DNA of 64,000 bases from Eledone cirrhosa (taxonomy: Eukaryota), in contig OZ024748.1 in the NCBI GenBank assembly GCA_964016885.1, forward strand, positions 47,678,001 through 47,742,000, written 5' to 3'. Shown one piece after another: positions 1 through 12,504 of the stretch. Positions within the stretch are counted from its first letter, which is position 1; each line of letters opens with the position of its first letter. Made by a program: the position numbers and the translations under genes. The notes under the pieces were generated by a model. That model did no database searches. It was not told the origin of the DNA and worked only from the letters and a program-made list of their open reading frames with translations.

Positions 1-10
1 CCTACTCGTT

Positions 11-61
<51 letters not shown>

Positions 62-203
62 CCAAAGATTAGTATGGTTCATTGATTAATCAACAAATAC
101 AATTTTACAATAGATTAGAAGCACTCGACAAGAGATTTTCCTGGAGTATTTAATATTATTCAAAATGTTAATAAATGAAAAATATTCTCATGATCAAAAT
201 ATA

Positions 204-266
204 TATTTTATTATACATATTTCAAAGGTACAATGGTGTTTAAGTATGTTTTCATCAGACAAAATA
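204..266 (-). ncRNA. Minimal type I hammerhead ribozyme motif in a Penelope-like pLTR remnant (61-425, between TA tracts)
   Basis: Minus strand reads TATTTTGT-CTGATGA-(weak stem II)-GAAA-TATGTA-TA-ATAAAATA. Stem I pairs with one G-U. Same layout as 10645-10709. Confidence 0.65.
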
Positions 267-421
267 TAAGATTTGATATGTGACATACCGCTACGGTTTT
301 TTTTATTATTCAATTCCAATAGTGGCAGTGATTTATTTCACCAAATCTCAACGTTTTTATACCACAAATAATATGATAAACTTAAAGAAGAAAAGGACGT
401 AGAGTAAGGTAGAGCACTTTG

Positions 422-460
<39 letters not shown>

Positions 461-519
461 AAAATTAAACAGAAATAACAATGCAAATGACACATTACAA
501 TGAAGAAATATATTAGTTT

Positions 520-895
520 CATCATCATCATCATCATCATCACCGTTTTACGTCCATTCTTCCACGCTAGCATGGGTTAGACGGGTTGTCCTGTTGTGGG
601 CAGTGTCTGGTCGGCTGACCATGCCTTGCTCATACAGGAACTGATTTGGCTTGATTTCTACAGCTGGATGCCCTTCCTAACACCAACCTCATTTACAGTG
701 AGTGCTGGGTGCTTTTTCGTGGCGCCTACACGTCCACTTTACAGTGTGGGCTGGGTGCTTTTTTGCCGTGGCACCTCCACGGCCACCTTGCGGTGGGGGG
801 GGGGCATATTGTCTATATGCTTCAGCTTGTACCCATGGGAGGTCGGGTAATCTGTATTACTGCGTGATGCCAGAGGTCACGGTTGTGTGTTTAAT
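520..895 (-). mobile_element. RTE-LINE 3'UTR / SINE tail fragment with (GAT)n end
   Basis: (CAT)n, then ...CTACAGCTGGATGCCCTTCCTAACACCAAC... and ~46-bp subrepeats. 845-895 resembles the ORF end of the RTE copies near 42490 and 54780. Confidence 0.8.
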
Positions 896-909
896 ATAGT
901 AGGATAAGT

Positions 910-948
910 GTCTTAATGTTTCAGGCGCTAGTTCTTCATCAGAAATTA
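910..948 (-). ncRNA. Hammerhead core motif (pLTR family also at 5414, 31910, 46565)
   Basis: Minus strand: CTGATGA-AGAACTAGCGCCT-GAAAC-AT-TA-AGAC. Confidence 0.55.
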
Positions 949-1048
949 ATACATTTATATAATGTGTATGTAGGCATATGATCTTGCAAGTAAGATTTAG
1001 AGTTCATGATTGGCAAGTTATGGATTTATTCCTCAAACCAAGAATAAT

Positions 1049-1424
1049 TGGTTCTACTTTTGGTACAAGGCCAGCAATTATCCCAGTCTATTACTGGTAC
1101 TAGGGCAGTGGATTGGCAGTATCAGTAGAGGGTTGGACGCCATGCTTTCCAGCATAGTTACGTCCCTTTACGATCTGAGTTCAAATCCCGCCGAGGTTGA
1201 CTTTGCCTTTCATCCTTACGGGGTCGATAAAATAAAGTACCAGTAATACACTGGATAATTGCTGGCCTTGTGCCTAAAGTAGAAACAATTACTGGTACTT
1301 TATTTTATCGACCCCGTAAGGATGAAAGGCAAAGTTGACCTCGGTGGGATTTGAACTCAGTCCATAAAGGGACGTAACTGTGCTGCAAAGCATGGTGTCA
1401 GACCCTCTACCGATACTGCCAAAC
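1049..1424. mobile_element. tRNA-derived SINE family 2: a + copy (1102-1287) inserted into a - copy of the same family
   Basis: B-box-like GAGTTCAAATCCC and central CCTTTCATCCTTACGGGGTCGATAAAAT occur in both orientations. Direct repeat ATTACTGGTACT at 1090-1101 and 1288-1299. Confidence 0.85.
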
Positions 1425-1769
1425 CAAGAATAATAGTAACCTGTCTGGTGTTAATACTGCAATAAAATGTATCTAGTACATTGTGTAAAGTAGCTGCTGT
1501 AAGAAGGCTCTGGAATCAATGAGGTTATGAAGAAAACCTCGTAACTAAACAACCCTGCCTTGATATTAATGTCTGTCTATCTAACTTATATTTTTGAGTT
1601 TTGCTTTATTTGTACAAAGTTTGAGATGTAGTTGATTTATAAACTAGTTTAATAGAATCAAAACAGAAATAATTCTGTAAGACTAGTAATGAATAAGTAT
1701 AAATGTCCCACCCTTGCAAGCAGGGAAAAAGCGGACGTAAAATGAAATGATGATGATGATGATGATGAT

Positions 1770-1834
1770 GTGTGTGTGTATATATATATATATGTGTGTA
1801 TATATATGTGTTTGTGTGTGTGTGTATATATATA

Positions 1835-1867
<33 letters not shown>

Positions 1868-1900
1868 GTGTGCATGTGTATATATATAGGTGTGTGTGTG

Positions 1901-1947
<47 letters not shown>

Positions 1948-2108
1948 GTGTGTCTGTGTATATATATATATATGTGTCTGCGCGTTTGCCTAAGTATACT
2001 TACATGCACACATGTAGATCAAGAGAGAGATGTGTGTGTGTGTACATATATCTATATCTATATATATATTTATACATATATGTATATATACATATATATG
2101 TATGTGTG

Positions 2109-2139
<31 letters not shown>

Positions 2140-2169
2140 TTTTATATATCTATGAATATGTATGTATAT

Positions 2170-2217
<48 letters not shown>

Positions 2218-2258
2218 GTGTGTGTGTGTGTGTGTGTGTTTGTGTATGTGTGTGTATA
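1770..2258. repeat. Compound (TG)n/(TA)n/(CA)n microsatellite
   Basis: Directly visible. Confidence 0.95.
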
Positions 2259-2599
2259 TTTTCATAGCTTAACACCATGTTATTTCTACCATTTCTATAT
2301 ATTAATCATTGAAGTAGAATTCCAATTCTGTCTTTCTGCTTTGTCTGGTAATAAATTAGCAGAGTTTGAAATAACTTTACTTTACACAAATTTTCCTTAC
2401 TATACACCCTGCCAATCTTTTAACATGTGAGAGGATTTACTTCTTTTCACTTACCAACACTCACTTCATCTCTTCCTGTAAACAATTGGCAACCTTTAGT
2501 TGTTCATTAGTCAATATATACACCCCATCGTTGTTATGTTAATAAAGATTAATCTAGAATTCAGTCAGTGGCTTCCTGATGAAGGTGGGGGTGATGGTT

Positions 2600-4440
2600 T
2601 CAATGGTGTTGGTTGGTGTGGTTGTTGTGGTTGTGGTGTTGCTGTTGGTGTTGTGGTTGTTGTGGTGTTGCTGTTGGTGTTGTGGCTGTTGGTCTGTTGG
2701 TGGTTGTGGTGTTGGTGTGTGTGGTGTTGGTGTTGGTTGGTATGGTGTTGTGGTTGTTGTTGTGTTGGTTGTTGTGGTGTTGGTTGGTTGATGTGGTGTT
2801 GGTGTTGGTGTTGTGGTTGTTGGTCTGTTGGTGGTTGTGGTGTTGGTGTGTGTGGTGTTGGTGTTGGTGGGTGTGGTGTTGTGGTTGTTGGTGTGTTGGT
2901 TGTTGTGGTGCTGGTTGGTTGATGTGGTGTTGGTGTTGGTTGGTATGGTGTTGGTGTTGTGGTTGTTGTTGTGTTGGTTGTTGTGGTGTTGGTCTTGGTT
3001 GTTGTGGTGTTAGTTGTTGTGGTGTTGGTGGTTGTGGTGTTGGTGGTTGTGGCATTGGTGTTGGTTGTTGTGGTGTTGGTTGTTGTGGTGTTGGTGGTTG
3101 TGGTGTTGGTGGTTGTGGTGTTGGTGGTTGTGGTGTTGGTGTTGGTTGTTGTGGTGTTGGTGGTTGTGGTGTTGGTGGTGTTGGTGTTGGTGGTTGTGGT
3201 GTTGGTGTTGGTTGGTATGGTGTTGGTGTTGTGGTTGTTGTTGTGTTGGTTGTTGTGGTGTTGGTGTTGGTTGTTGTGGTGTTGGTGGTTGTGGCATTGG
3301 TGTTGGTTGTTGTGGTGTTGGTTGTTGTGGTGTTGGTGGTTGTGGTGTTGGTGGTTGTGGTGTTGGTGGTTGTGATGTTGGTGGTTGTGGTGTTGGTGGT
3401 TGTGGTGTTGTGTTGGTTGTTGTGGTGTTGGTGGTTGTGGTGTTGGTGGTGTTGGTGTTGGTGGTTGTGGTGTTGGTGGTTGTGGTGTTGGTGGTTGTGG
3501 TGTTGGTGTTGGTGGTTGTGGTGTTGGTAGTTGTGGTGTTGGTGGTGTTGGTGTTGGTGGTGTTGGTGGTTGTGGTGTTGGTGTTGGTGGTTGTGGTGTT
3601 GGTTGTTGTGGTGTTGGTGGTGTTGGTGTTGGTGGTGTTGGTGGTTGTGGTGTTGGTGGTTGTGGTGTTGGTTGTTGTGGTGTTGGTGGTGTTGGTGTTG
3701 GTGGTGTTGGTGGTTGTGGTGTTGGTGTTGGTGGTTGTGGTGTTGGTGGTTGTGGTGTTGGTGGTGTTGGTGGTTGTGGTGTTGGTGGTTGTGGTGTTGG
3801 TGTTGGTGGTTGTGGTGTTGGTGGTTGTGGTGTTGGTGGTGTTGGTGTTGGTGGTGTTGGTGGTTGTGGTGTTGGTTGTTGTGGTGTTGGTGGTTGTGGT
3901 GTTGGTGGTTGTGGTATTGGTGTTGGTGGTTGTGGTATTGGTTGTTGTGGTGTTGGTGGTTGGGTGATGGTTTGAATGATCTTGGTGTTGTTGCTGTTGT
4001 GGTTGTTGTGTTGGTGGTTATGGTGTTGATGGTGTTGGTGTTGTTTCTGTTGCTGGTTGTGGTTGTGGTGTTGGTTGTGGTGTTGGTTGTGGTGTTGGTG
4101 GTGTTGGTGTTGGTAGTTGTAGTGTTGATGGTTGTGGTGGTTGAGTGATGGTTTGAATGGTCTTGGTGTTGTTGTTGCTGTGATTGTTGGTTGTTGTGGT
4201 GTTGTTGGTTGTGGTGTTGGTGTTGGTTGTTGTGGTTGTGTTGGTGGTTGTGGTGTTGGTGGTGTTGGTGGTGTTGGTGTTGGTGGTTGGGTGATGGTTT
4301 GAATAGTCTTGGTGTTGTTGCTGCTGTGGTTGTTGTTGTGTTGGTATTGTTGATTGTGGTGTTGGTGTTGGTGTTGGTGGTGTTGGTGGTTGTGATGGTG
4401 GTGTTGGCAGTTGTAGTGTTGGTGGTGGTTGTGGCAGTGT
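2600..4440. repeat. (GGT/GTT/TGT)n low-complexity trinucleotide array
   Basis: Almost purely G/T sequence with internal higher-order duplications. Confidence 0.95.
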
Positions 4441-5344
4441 TTGCTCTTGCCTAAATCTATCTACTTCCAATAGACCTTATGTGCAGCTGAGCTATATATT
4501 CTAATCTGTGTCATAACATGACACATGTCATCAAGACTACAGGTAAGATTCCCCTCTGAGACAGTATTGTGGCATATCCATCATTTGTTCATAAGAAAAT
4601 TGTTAATTATTCTTGTCATTACCATTACCATCATTGTTACCATCACCATCATCACCCTCATCACCATCCTAATCACCATCATCATCATCACCATCATCAT
4701 CCTCAGCACAATTTTCTGCCCATCTATTTCTCAATGCTTGTTTATTGCCTGGATAGGTGTTTCCTCAGTACATCATCTCACCACGTGTTGTGATCATTTG
4801 TCAATTTGTTTGTGAAGTTTACGTCTCCTAAGATCAGCTTTCTCCTCCTTCACATCTTCTTCCCATATTTATCCTTCATGTTTCTTTTCTAGAGTTTCCT
4901 TCCACTTGGAACTTCTGTCAATTCTTTTACCAAGCTATCAAAATCTGTACGCTTCACATCTCCATACAAATACAGTCCTATCTCTTGGCAGATATAACTG
5001 ATTCTTTCAGATACTTAACTTTACTCTACAGTCTTTTGTTTACCATTGTTCTTCATTCAGATTAGCATTAGCCATATCCCAAAGGATGCTTGTTTCATTA
5101 TCATGCAATATTGCACCGCTTAAACACGCATCATCCATTCTGTTCTTCAATATATGGATTAAAAATAGATATTAAACGGTGATGATGATATATATATATA
5201 TATATATGCTCAATCAGTTCCCATATGAGCAAGACAAGGTCAGCCGACTGGGCACTGCCCACAACAGGACAACCCGTCTAATCCATGCTAGCATGGAGGA
5301 GTGAACGTCAAACGGTGATGATGATGATGATGATGATATATTCA

Positions 5345-5535
5345 CAAAATTCTATTCCGCTCTGCCTGTCTCCTTAATCTTTCTGTTCCTTCTTAGATTT
5401 TTCCCTCTTTCTTCTGATGAAGGACTAGCATCCGAAACGTCTTATTTCCTACTATATCAAGCATAAAACTACTAACATTATTTTTCATTGTACTGTGTCA
5501 TTTGCTTTGGTGTTTCTGTTTGCCTTTTGCGTACA
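5345..5535 (+). mobile_element. Penelope-like pLTR remnant with hammerhead core at 5414-5438
   Basis: CTGATGA-AGGACTAGCATCC-GAAAC with GGA/TCC stem II. Downstream sequence is homologous to 31890-32028 and 46545-46684. Confidence 0.65.
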
Positions 5536-6097
5536 TATATATCATCATCATCACCGATTAACATCTCTTTGTCCATGCATGCATGGGTTAGATGGATCGT
5601 CCAAATTATGATACAAGTCTGGCCAGCTGGTTGCACCATACCTTGCTCAAGCGGAACTGTATTTTGGTTGCTATCTTTACAGCTGGATGCCCTTCCTAAC
5701 ACCAATCACGTTTACAGTGTTGAACTGAGTGGTACCATTATGAGACAGGTCTGCCCAATTGGTAAGTTGTTGATAAAGGGACCACGTATAGGGTGAGTTT
5801 TTACAGTTGCTTGTTGCCCTTCCCAATGCCCAAACATGTTTACAGTGTATATATAATTATATATATAATATATATATAATATATAAATATATATATATAT
5901 AATATATATATAATATATAAATATATATATATATATAATATATATATAATATATAAATATATATATATATATAATATATATATAATATATAAATATATAT
6001 ATATATAATATATATATAATATATAAATAATATATATATAATATATAGAGTAACAATAAATATGAAGACTAAAATCCGAAGAGGGCTCGATAAGGAT

Positions 6098-6395
6098 TCA
6101 TCATCATCATCATCATCATCATTTTACGTCCGCTTTTCTCTGCTTGCAAGGGTTGGACAGGTCCTATTCAGCACAGCATCTCTCCACTTGTCACAGTCCT
6201 GCGTCATCTCCTCGGTGAGGTTCGGCCATCTGAGGTCTGCTCTCACCACCTCCGCCCATGTTCTTTGTGGTCTTCCTCTACTGCGTCTTCCTTCTACTGG
6301 GATTTCTTGGCACATCTTTACCCAGCGGTCATCTTCTATGCGCATCACATGTCCATACCATCTCAGTCTTCTCTCCTGCACACTACAGCTTATCC
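6098..6395 (-). mobile_element. RTE-clade LINE 3' end
   Basis: ORF 6124-6381 RRLRWYGHVMR...GRPQRTW followed by a (GAT)n tail. Confidence 0.85.
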
Positions 6396-7078
6396 CTCTT
6401 ATACAAATATATAATATTTGTGCCTGTATTGCAAAGGACTGACCTAGTCATATCCTGTGATCTGTTGAATAACCCTAAGAACTAACCCTAAACCTAACCC
6501 TAAACCTAATGTTGTTAGCATTGTAAGTCCAACACTCTTACCATTAGGGCATGTGCCTCCATTATCATTACTACTATCTAACATCTGTTCTCCATACTTT
6601 CATAAAATGGATTGACTTTTCTGTAATGAGGCTAGCCTGGTCAGGTGACTGTCTTGTTCCTACACTTCATTTTACCATCCCCCCCCACCCCCCACCAACC
6701 ACCACCACCACCACCACCACGCCGCCCCCAAACAAAAAATAAAATATAAACCTCTGAATTTAATTCCATGTTGTTGCTGGTAAATATAATCTCGTCCTCT
6801 AAATCTATTGACATTGAAGTGATAAACTAATCCCCAAGGAGTAGCTGCTAAAGTGATAAACTTATATTGTGTAATTTACTAAAAACTTTGTTTAGAAAAG
6901 TTCTTTGGTAAGGTTCCATTTAATTTTTACTGCTTTAAAAAAACACACAAAATTTAGAAAAAAATCCATTTCCTCAAAGATTATGTTCACTTCTGAAAAG
7001 TGGTAACTATATTGGTTTATGGCTTTCCATTAACACACACACGCTCACACACACACACACACACACTCACACACACAG

Positions 7079-7134
<56 letters not shown>

Positions 7135-7262
7135 CACAAGTATAAAGTAACATGGATATATAATTTGTTGTATATATTATATATAGTGTAAATATATATA
7201 TTATATATATATATAAATATATATATATATACATATAGTATATAAATATATATATACATATA

Positions 7263-7309
<47 letters not shown>

Positions 7310-7555
7310 TGTGTGTGTGACTTATATATATATGTATATATATTTATTTATGTATGTAATATATATATTTATATTTGTCTATGTGATATGTATATATATA
7401 TTTATATTAATGTATTTTATGTGTGTGTGTGTATATATATATATATAAATGAAAATAGAGAAATTAATGTAAGCAAGAAGCCAACAGTATATATATACAT
7501 ATATATATATATATGTATAAGTATATATATATATATATGTATATATGTATATATG

Positions 7556-7693
<138 letters not shown>

Positions 7694-7819
7694 TGTATAC
7701 ATATATATATATATGTATATATATGTATATATATATATATATGTATATATATGTGTATATATGTATATATATATATATATATGTATATATATGTATATAT
7801 ATATATATATGTATATATG

Positions 7820-7852
<33 letters not shown>

Positions 7853-7883
7853 GTATATATATATATATATGTATATATATATA

Positions 7884-8117
7884 CACTGTAAAGTGGACAG
7901 TGTAGGCGCCACGGAAAAAAAAAGCACTCAGCACTCACTATAAATGAGGTTGGTGTTAGGAAGGGCATCCAGCTGTAGAAATCAAGCCGAAATCAGTACT
8001 TGTATGAGCAAGGCATGGTCAGCCGACCAGACACTGCCCACAACAGGACAACCCGTCTAACCCATGCTAGCGTGGAAGAACGGACGTAAAACGGTGATGA
8101 TGATGATGATGATGATG

Positions 8118-8118
<1 letters not shown>
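7884..8118 (+). mobile_element. SINE/RTE shared 3' portion with (GAT)n tail
   Basis: GGTGTTAGGAAGGGCATCCAGCTGTAGAAA ... GGACGTAAAACGGTGATGATG. Confidence 0.8.
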
Positions 8119-8169
<51 letters not shown>

Positions 8170-8190
8170 GTGTGTGTGTGTATATATATA

Positions 8191-8547
8191 TATAAACGTT
8201 TGTATATGTATAATAAAGCCAAAACAATGCAGGTATGGACATAGAATAAAGAATGCAAATGCAAAAGATATTGTTGACAATAGTCTGTTACCTTAGATTT
8301 ATTTAAATGTCCTTAATTTTCGAGATAATATCTCTTCTTCGGAGGGAGATATTATCCGAAGAAGAGATATTATCTCGAAAATTAAGGACATTTAAATAAA
8401 TCTAAGGTAACAGACTATTGTCAACAATATCTTTTGCATTTGCATTCTTTATTCTATGTCCATACCTGCATTGTTTTGGCTTTATTATACATATACAAAC
8501 GTTTATACCTCATTACACAATGCATCAAGTGAACTATAACCTCCTCC
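8191..8547 (+). mobile_element. Fold-back Penelope-like insertion: 153-bp inverted arms plus 40-bp tail, hammerhead-like core at the centre
   Basis: 8191-8343 is the exact reverse complement of 8355-8507. The right arm starts CCGAAGA-AGAGATATTATCTC-GAAA-AT-TA. Flanked by (TA)n. Confidence 0.8.
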
Positions 8548-8946
8548 TATATATATATATATATAGCAGTTAAGAGGTTCCTTATAGCTGTATATCCTCC
8601 TCCTTCACCTCCACCTCCTCCTCACCCATATTTTCATCATCTTTCAACAAGTGTTTAGTGTTAAGCCTTTAACCCTTCAACAACTAATGCATGGCACCTC
8701 TCTCACATCTTCTGCTAGATGCTGATTAAACACTGAATCACTTTCTATCAAACACAAGCATGAATGTCTGTGTGTATGTGTATGTATATGTGTGTATGTA
8801 TATGTGCGCATGTGTTGTTGTCTATGCGTTAGATTGTGTGTGTTTGTGTTGGTGTGTGCTTGTGTTGGTGTCTTTAATAGCCAGTGTGCATATGCTTGCA
8901 CATGTGTTCCTCTATGCTTGTGTCTATGTGTTTGTAGCCTGTGTGT

Positions 8947-8947
<1 letters not shown>

Positions 8948-8983
<36 letters not shown>

Positions 8984-9331
8984 GTTTTACGGTTTCACGC
9001 TAGCATAGTGGGGGCTGGGTGGTTTTTTTTTGCCGTGGCACCTCCATGAATACTATACAGTGTGAACTTGGTGCTTTTTTTGCCGTGGCACCTCCACGAC
9101 CACTTTACAGTGTGGGATGGGTGTTCTTTTTGCCGGGGCACCTCCCCGACCACTTTGCAGTGGAATGATATGAACCCCAGTCCTATCATCTCATTTCTAC
9201 AGCTGAGTAAACTGGAGCAATGTGAAATAAAGTGTCTTGCTCAAGGAAACAACACATCACTCGGTCTGAGAATTGAACTCACAACCTTTCGATTGCAAGC
9301 CCAATGCTCTAACCACTAAGCCATGCGCCTT
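8948..9331 (-). mobile_element. Near full-length tRNA-derived CORE-type SINE
   Basis: Minus strand has A box TGGCTTAGTGGTTAG, B box GAGTTCAATTCTC, CORE-like CCTTGAGCAAGACACTT...CTCAGCTGTAGAAATGAG, subrepeats and a (GAT)n tail. Confidence 0.85.
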
Positions 9332-9499
9332 CTGTACTGTTATTTTCCTTGGTATTTTTCTTGCTGTAAATTTAGTTAGAGTTGAAGGGATTCTGATGGA
9401 AGAAGACCTATAATTTTTGTGACATCATTTTTATTAATTTATCAAGTACGAGAGTCAAATTGAAATCAGTAATACAGTAATAGCCTAAATACAGAAGCA

Positions 9500-9751
9500 G
9501 TTGAACATACAATGGAGAGAATGTGAGCAGTGTAGTAATGTGTGTATGTGTTTATATATATATATACACACATCACAAGATGCTTATATACACAGACACA
9601 CAGTTGAACACACAGTATAGAGAATGTAAGAAGTGTCGTGATGTGTGTTTATATATATATATATATATACACACAAATAAGAGGATGCTTATATACACAG
9701 ACACACAGTTGAACACACAGTATAGAGAATGTAAGAGGTGTAGTGATGTGT

Positions 9752-9827
<76 letters not shown>

Positions 9828-9870
9828 TATAGAGAATGTAAGAGGTGATGTGATGTAGCAGTGTTTGTAA
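9500..9870. repeat. ~105-bp imperfect tandem repeat (about 3 copies) with TA expansions
   Basis: ATGCTTATATACACAGACACACAGTTGAACACACAGTATAGAGAATGTAAGA at ~9580 and ~9685. Confidence 0.75.
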
Positions 9871-10058
9871 GTATATATATATATATATGTGTATAGATAT
9901 ATGTATATATATATAAATATATATATATATAAATATATATATATATAAATATATATATATAAATATATATATATAAATATATATATATATAAATATATAT
10001 ATATATAAATATATATATATATAAATATATATATATATAAATATATATATATATAAAC

Positions 10059-10089
<31 letters not shown>

Positions 10090-10093
<4 letters not shown>

Positions 10094-10279
10094 TGAGATT
10101 CTACAGGACTAGAACTGTTTCATTCTTTAGAAATCATCAGGAATCTGATTCCTGATTATTTCTAAAGAATGAAACAGTGCTAGTCCTGTAGAATCTCATC
10201 TATATTAAAACTTTTATACTCTGCAATGTATTGAGTACCTTACTTACTGTGGTTACCTCCGACTCAACCCGGTATAACG
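10090..10279 (+). mobile_element. Fold-back Penelope-like insertion with hammerhead core and tail
   Basis: Arms 10090-10145 and 10147-10204. The left arm reverse-complement reads CTGATGA-TTTCTAAAGAAT-GAAAC. Tail 10205-10279, TA flanks. Confidence 0.8.
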
Positions 10280-10644
10280 TATATACATATATATTAGAAA
10301 GTGAGGTTTTTTTTAGAAAATGAAAAATGACCGAGGTGTTCTACACGAGTGAAAGTATAAAGAAAAAAAGATGAAAAAAGATGAAATGGAGGGTCTGTGG
10401 TTTTTCTCACATCAGATGTGAGAAAATCCCCAGACCCTCCATCTCAACTCTACTTTTGAAAAGCAGAAGAACTGCGAAACCGGTAAAGGAACCAAATAAA
10501 TATATATATTTTTTTTAAATAAGACTCCAGTTGCATTTTCGATTTCATCTTTTTTTCCATATATAGATATATTTATATATATATATAGATATACAGAAGT
10601 TATATTTAATTTGTTGGGATTCAACAAGCATAAAACAAATTTTA

Positions 10645-10709
10645 TATTTTATCTGATGAAAGCGCACCAAAACTGCCTTGGTTGCCCTTGAAATATATAT
10701 AATAAAATA
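10645..10709 (+). ncRNA. Minimal type I hammerhead ribozyme
   Basis: TATTTTAT-CTGATGA-AAGCGCACCAA...TTGGTTGCCCTT-GAAA-TATATA-TA-ATAAAATA: 8-bp stem I, paired stem II, palindromic stem III. Confidence 0.75.
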
Positions 10710-10767
10710 ATTATGGTTTTATAAATTTAGTTTCCATTTAATATATTGTATATATATATATATATAT

Positions 10768-11033
10768 CATCATCATCATCACTGTTTTACGTCCGTTCTT
10801 CCATGCTAGCATGGGTTAGACGGGTTGTCCTGTTGTGGGCAGTGTCTGGTCGGCTGACCATGCCTCGCTCATACAGGAACTGATGCTGCCTTGATTTCTA
10901 CAGCTGGATGCCCTTCCTAACATCAATCTCATTTACAGTGGCACCTCCACTACCACTTTGCAGTGGGAGGGTATGGGGGCATATTGTCTATATGTTTCAG
11001 CTTGTACCCATGGGAGGTCAGGTACTCTGTATA

Positions 11034-11064
<31 letters not shown>

Positions 11065-11620
11065 GTATATGTGTGTATATATATCTTCATTATCATCATC
11101 ATTTTATGTCAGCTTTTCCCTGCTTGCAAGGATTGGAGGGGTCCTATTCTGTACAGCATCTCTCCACTTGAAGAATAGAAGTGATATATATACACACAAA
11201 TATATGCATTTGAACATGCAGTCACAGAGAACATGTATGTATATAGATATACCCAAATTTAACACAGACAAAACATCTGTGTTTTGTGTGTGTGTATATA
11301 ATATATATATATATATATCATTCATCATCATCATCATTTCATTTTACATCCGCTTTTTCCTTGCTTTCAAGGGTGGGACAGGAACTGATTCTGGCTTGAT
11401 TTCTACAGCTGGATGCCCTTCCTAACACCAACCTCATTTACAGTGAGTGCTGGGTGCTTTTTTTCCACGACCACTTTGCAGTAGAGGAGAATGACATGAA
11501 CTCATGTCCATATCATCTCATTTCTACAGCTGAGTAAACTGGAGCAATGTGAAATAAAGTGTCTTGCTCAAGGAGGAAACAATACATCACCCAGTCTGAG
11601 AATTGAACTCACAATTCTCA
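10768..11620 (-). mobile_element. Cluster of SINE and RTE tail fragments (10768-11028, 11088-11170, 11322-11620)
   Basis: Repeated (CAT)n starts and the shared CTGGATGCCCTTCCTAAC motif; CORE-like segment at ~11520-11575. Confidence 0.8.
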
Positions 11621-11644
11621 GAAACATATATATATATATATATA

Positions 11645-11868
11645 TAGAAGTGGTTACACAACAGTTAGTTCATCATACTGAGAACAATTGTTTCACCTTA
11701 GCGGATCTTCAGCTCGTAAACGAAATCGTAAATGAGCTGAGGATCCGCTAAGGTAAAACAATTGTTCTCGGTATGGTGAACTAACTGTTGTGTAACCACT
11801 TCTACCTAACTCTTCCCACGGACTGAGTGCTCTACCACTACGGATATTACCTTCCAGTGTTCTACCAC
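11645..11868 (+). mobile_element. Fold-back Penelope-like insertion with hammerhead core and tail
   Basis: Arms 11645-11715 and 11734-11804 with few mismatches. The left arm reverse-complement reads CTGAAGA-TCCGCTAAGGT-GAAAC. Tail 11805-11868, TA flanks. Confidence 0.8.
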
Positions 11869-11895
11869 TATATATATATATATATATATATATAT

Positions 11896-12139
11896 GGCGT
11901 AGGACAGAAAAATGGAGAGGCACAGAAACAAAGAAAGGAATCCCCAGTCACTGAAGAGGTCACAGAGTGTGTGACGAAAGAACTATGACTATATATAAAC
12001 AACTATCTGGTTGTGGAACCAACCAACCAACCAGAAATTTATAAATTTGTAAATTTATAAATATATAATAAATTGAAGTGAAAGCAACTGGTGCGTGTGT
12101 TTCTTATTGGCAACATGACCCTCCCAAAGTATAACAATA
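11896..12139 (+). mobile_element. Solo pLTR of the Penelope-like element at 28500-29461; hammerhead at 11946-11990
   Basis: Near-identical to 29211-29461. AGTCA-CTGAAGA-GGTCAC...GTGAC-GAAA-GAAC-TA-TGACT. Confidence 0.85.
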
Positions 12140-12504
12140 TGTATATATATATATTTATATGTATATATATATATATATATATACATACATGAGTGTAATC
12201 ATACATTAACACACAGAAAATTATAAATAACTTAGGTTGCATATTGTCACATTTTAACACACTGAAGGAGACAAAAGGTCTGTGTTATATACATGTGTGT
12301 GATATACAGGTGTGTGATATATAGAGGTATATGATATATACATACGCACAGATGACTGTGTAATATATACACATACACAGATAACTGTGTAATTATACAC
12401 ATTTCCAGTATCAATAGAGTTATTGATAAGTACAGGTAATTTTAAAAACACTTTCAAGAAGTTAAAACTCTGTCAAATTCTATCTCATCAAGTGCCACTA
12501 GTTT

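Noticed and set aside
2500-4470. Cys/Gly/Val/Trp-rich ORFs resembling keratin-associated proteins
   Set aside because: A G/T-only repeat rarely forms stop codons, so all frames are open.
6478-6510. Interstitial telomeric repeat
   Set aside because: Only a few degenerate CCCTAA units, too short to call.
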